64,000 nucleotides of DNA, taken from NCBI GenBank assembly GCA_038087875.1, contig JAXLNO010002732.1, forward strand, positions 62,001 to 126,000, given 5' to 3'. Below, in pieces: positions 60,001-64,000 of the stretch (position 1 is its first letter; every line of letters begins with the position of its first letter). The notes under the pieces were generated by a model. The model was not told where the DNA came from and ran no database searches. It saw only the letters and a list, made by a program, of their open reading frames with translations. The DNA is from Malacoraja senta. Lineage: Eukaryota. The position numbers were made by a program, and so were the translations under genes.

Positions 60001-63000
60001 ATGGTGTTTTGCTTTGAAAATGCAAAAGGTTTGCTTTGAAAATACAAAAGGTTTGCTTTGAAAATGCAAATGGTGGTTTGCTTTGAAAATACAAAAGGTA
60101 GTATGCTTTGAAAATGCAAAATGCAGTTTGCTTTGAAAATACAAAGGGTGGTTTGCTTTAAAAATGCAAAAGGTGGTTTGGTCTGAAAATGCAAAAGGTG
60201 TTTGCTTTGAAAATGCAAAATGTTTGCTTTGAAAATGCAAATGGTTTGCTTTGAAAATGCAAAGATTTGCTTTGAAAATGCAAAAGGTTTGCTTCGAAAA
60301 TGCAAAAAGTATCCTGAAAATGCAAAAGGTGGTTCCGATTGAAAATGAAAAAGGGGGTTCGGTGGTTTGGTTTGAAAATGCAAATGGTGGTTTGGTTTGA
60401 AAAAGCAAATGGTGGTTTGGTTTGAAAATGGAAATGATGGTTTGGTTTGAAAATGCAAATGATGGTTTGGTTTGAAAATGCAAATGCTGGTTTGGTTTGA
60501 AAATGCAAATGGTGGATTCGTTCGAAAATGCTAAAGGTATGGTTTGAAAATGCAAATGGTGGATTGGTTTGAATATGTAAATGGTGGTTTGGTTTGAAAA
60601 TGCAAATGGTGGTTTTGTTTGAAAATGCAAATGGTGGGGTGCTTTGAAAGTGCAAAAGGTGGTTTGCTTTAAAAATGCTAAAGGTGGGTTGCTTTGAAAA
60701 TGCAAATGGTGTTTTGCTTTGAAAATGCAAAAGGTTTGCTTTGAAAATACAAAAGGTTTGCTTTGAAAATGCAAATGGTGGTTTGCTTTGAAAATACAAA
60801 AGGTAGTATGCTTTGAAAATGCAAAATGCGGTTCGCTTTGAAAATACAAAGGGTGGTTTGCTTTAAAAATGCAAAAGGTGGTTTCGTCTGAAAATGCAAA
60901 AGGTGGTTTGCTTTGAAAATGCAAAATGTTTGCTTTGAAAATGCAAATGGTTTGCTTTGAAAATGCAAAGATTTGCTTTCAAAATGCAAAAGGTTTGCTT
61001 CGAAAATGCAAAAAGTATCCTGAAAATGCAAAAGGTGGTTCCGTTTGAAAATCAAAAAGGGGGTTCGGTGGTTTGGTTTGAAAATGCAAATGGTGGTTTG
61101 GTTTGAAAATGCAAATGGTGGTTTGGTTTGAAAATGGAAATGGTGGTTTGGTTTGAAAACTGGTCCTTTTCACAATGGCAGGCAGTGACTAGTGGGGTAC
61201 CGCAAGGCTCAGTGCTGGGACCCCAGCTATTTACAATTTATATTAATGATCTGGACGAGGGAATTGAAAGCAACATCTCCAAGTTTGCGGATGACACTAA
61301 GCTGGGGGCAGTGTTAGCTGTGAGGAGGATGCTAGGAGACTGCAAGGTGACTTGGATAGGCTGGGTGAGTGGGCAAATGTTTGGCAGATGCAGTATAATG
61401 TGGATAAATGTGAGGTTATCCACTTTGGTGGCAAAAACGGGAAGGCAGACTATTATCTAAATGGTGGCCGATTAGGAAATGGGGAGGTGCAGCGAGACCT
61501 GGGTGTCATGGTACACCAGTCATTGAAAGTAGGCATGCAGGTGCAGCAGGCAGTGAAGAAAGCGAATGGTATGTTGGCCTTCATTGCAAGAGGATTTGAG
61601 TATAGGAGCAGGGAGGTTCTACTGCAGTTGTACAGGGTCTTGGTGAGACCACACCTGGAGTATTGCGTACAGTTTTGGTCTCCAAATCTGAGGAAGGACA
61701 TTATAGCCATAGAGGGAGTGCAGAGAAGGTTCACCAGACTGATTCCTGGGATGTCAGGACTTTCATATGAAGAAAGACTGGATAGACATGGCTTATACTC
61801 GCTGGAATTTAGGAGATTGAGAGGGGATCTTATAGAAACGTACAAAATTCTTATGGGGTTGGACAGGCTAGATGCAGGAAGATTGTTCCCGATGTTGGGG
61901 AAGTCCAGGACAAGGGGTCACAGCTTAACGATAAGGGGGAAATCCTTTAAGACCGAGATGAGGAAAAACTTTTTCACACAGAGAGTGGTGAATCTCTGGA
62001 ACTCTCTGCCACAGAGGGTAGTTGAGGCCAGTTCATTGGCTATATTTAAGAGGGAGTTAGATGTGGCCCTTGTGGCTAAAGGGATCAGGGGGTATGGAGA
62101 GAAGGCAGGTACGGGATACTGAGTTGGATGATCAGCCATGATCATATTGAATGGCGGTGCAGGCTCGAAGGGCCGAATGGCCTACTCCTGCACCTATTTT
62201 CTATGTATCTATGTATCTATGATGGTTTGGTTTGAAAATGCAAATGATGGTTTGGTTTGAAAATGCAAATGCTGGTTTGGTTTGAAAATGCAAATGGTGG
62301 ATTGGTTCGAAAATGCTAAAGCTTTGGTTTGAAAATGCAAAAGGATTGGGTTGAAAATGCAAAAGTTGGTTTGCTTTGAAAATGCGAAAGATGTTTTGCT
62401 TTGAAAATGCAAAAGGTGGTTTGCTTTGAAAATGCAAAAGGTGGTTTGCTTTGCAAATGCAAAAGATGGTTTGCTTCGAAAATGCAAATGGCGGTTTGCT
62501 TCGAAAAGGCAAATGGCGGTTTGCTTCGACAATGGAAAACATTTTTGCTTTGAAAATGCAAACGGTGCTTTGCTTTAAAAATGCTAACGCTGGTTTGCTT
62601 TGAAAATGCAAATGGTGTTTTGCTTTGATAATGCAAAAGGTTTGCTTTGAAAATACAAAAGGTTTGCTTTGAAAATGCAAATGGTGGTTTGCTTTGAAAA
62701 TGCCAAAGGTGCTTTGCTTTGAAAATGCAAAAGTTGTTTGCTGTGAAAATGCAAAATGTGGTTTGCTTCATACAAAAGGTGGTTTGCTTTGCAAAATGCA
62801 AAAGGTGGTTTGCTTTGAAAATGCAAAACGTTGTTTGCTTTGAAAATGCGAAAGGCGGTTTGCTTTGAAAGTGCAACAGGTGGTTTGGTTTGAAAATGCA
62901 AAAGGTGCTTTGCTTTGAAAATTCAAAAGGTGCTTTGAAAATGCAAAATGTTTGCTTTGAAAATGCAAATGGTTTGTTTTCAAAATGCAAATGTTTGCTT

Positions 63001-64000
63001 TAAAAATGCAAAAGGTTTACTTTGAAAATGCAAAGTGTTTGCTTTGAAAATGTAAAATGAGGTTCGGTTTGAAAATGCAAAAGGGGGTTCGGTTTGAAAA
63101 TGTAAAAGGAGGTTTGGTTTGAAAATGCAAATGGTGCGTTGGTTTGAAAATCGAAATGATGGTTTGGTTTGAAAATGCAAAAGGTGGATTGGTTTGAAAA
63201 TGTAAATGGTGGTTTGGTTTGAAAATGCAAATGGTAGTTTTGTTTGAAAATGCAAATGGTGGTTTGCTTTGAAAATGCAAAAGGTGGTTTGCTTTAAAAA
63301 TGCTAAAGGTGGATTGCTTTGAAAATGCAAATGGTATTTTGCTTTGAAAATGCAAAAGGTTTGCTTTGAAAATACAAAAGGTTTACTTTGAAAATGATAA
63401 TGGTGGTTTGCTTTGAAAATACAAAAGGTAGTATGCTTTCAAAATGCAAAATGTGGTTTGCTTTGAAAATACAAAGGGTGGTTTGCTTTAAAAATGCAAA
63501 AGGTGGTATGGTCTGAAAATGCAAAAGGTGGTTTGCTTTGAAAATGCAAAATGTTTGCTTTGAAAATGCAAATGGTTTGCTTTGAAAATGCAAAGATTTG
63601 CTTTGAAAATGCAAAGATTTGCTTTGAAAATGCAAAAGGTTTGCTTCGAAAATGCAAAAAGTATCCTGAAAATGCAAAAGGTGGTTCCGTTTGAAAATGA
63701 AAAAGGGGGTTCGGTGGTTTGGTTAGAAAATGCAAATGGTGGTTTGGTTTGAAAATGCAAATGATGGTTTGGTTTGAAAATGCAAATGCTGGTTTGGTTT
63801 GAAAATGCAAATGGTGGATTGTTTCGAAAATGCTAAAGGTTTGGTTTGAAAATGCAAAAGGATTGGGTTGAAAATGCAAAAGTTGGTTTGCTTTGAAAAT
63901 GCGAAAAATGTTTTGCTTTGAAAATGCAAAAGGTGGTTTGCTTTGAAAATGCAAAAGGTGGTTTGCTTTGCAAATGCAAAAGATGGTTTGATTCGAAAAT
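54003..64000. repeat. Satellite array of ~20-25-nt monomers (GGTGGTTTG[C/G]TTTGAAAATGCAAA[A/T]) with higher-order repeats
   Basis: Hundreds of variants of the TTTGAAAATGCAAA core; rare variants recur at fixed spacings (705-706, 1256, 2227 and 2910 bp); runs off the window end. Confidence 0.97.
61158..62222 (+). mobile_element. Young 5'-truncated CR1 inserted in the satellite
   Basis: [21 protein letters not shown]...KFADDTKLG, then an uninterrupted 256-codon ORF (61352-62122), the CR1 3' UTR and a (ctatgtat)n tail; flanked by tggtttggtttgaaaa on both sides. Confidence 0.95.

Noticed and set aside
54003-64000. Dozens of long minus-strand ORFs (up to 544 aa, HFQSKPPFAFSKQT...)
   Set aside because: They are translations of the satellite, whose minus strand rarely forms stops. 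They overlap in all frames and have no domain, start context or splice structure.

Overview
This is eukaryotic, repeat-dense genomic DNA from a cartilaginous fish, most likely a skate or ray. That call rests on HE1/V-SINE-type SINEs, abundant CR1 and Rex LINEs, a fish-type L1 and a shark-type MHC class I domain. The only host gene I can support is the 3' half of an MHC class I heavy-chain gene on the + strand: alpha3 exon 26779-27045, transmembrane exon 30830-30937 and a probable terminal exon 41281-41321. Spliced together they give a tail RKKRR-DYQNIQPKQNVHC, whose YQNI motif is spaced like that of human CD1b. No alpha1/alpha2 exons were found in the 26.8 kb upstream. About 850 bp upstream of alpha3 sits a young, sense-oriented, non-autonomous endogenous retrovirus (19794-25926; LTRs about 98% identical; tRNA-Pro PBS). 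It carries a far more diverged, C-depleted CR1 reverse-transcriptase fragment in place of part of pol, so the LINE piece appears to have been captured and propagated by the retrovirus. Relatives of this ERV lie at 1-285 and 49511-53010 (minus strand; the latter has a swapped U3 and a tandem env/LTR duplication). An unrelated class I/epsilon-like ERV at 2668-7603 (minus) looks like a head-to-tail tandem. A near-full-length degenerate L1 lies antisense in the last intron. After an N gap (53785-54002) the window ends in at least 10 kb of a ~22-nt satellite with higher-order structure, interrupted by a young CR1. No prokaryotic features, CRISPR arrays, rRNA or tRNA genes are supported. All alignments and counts were done by eye and should be confirmed computationally.
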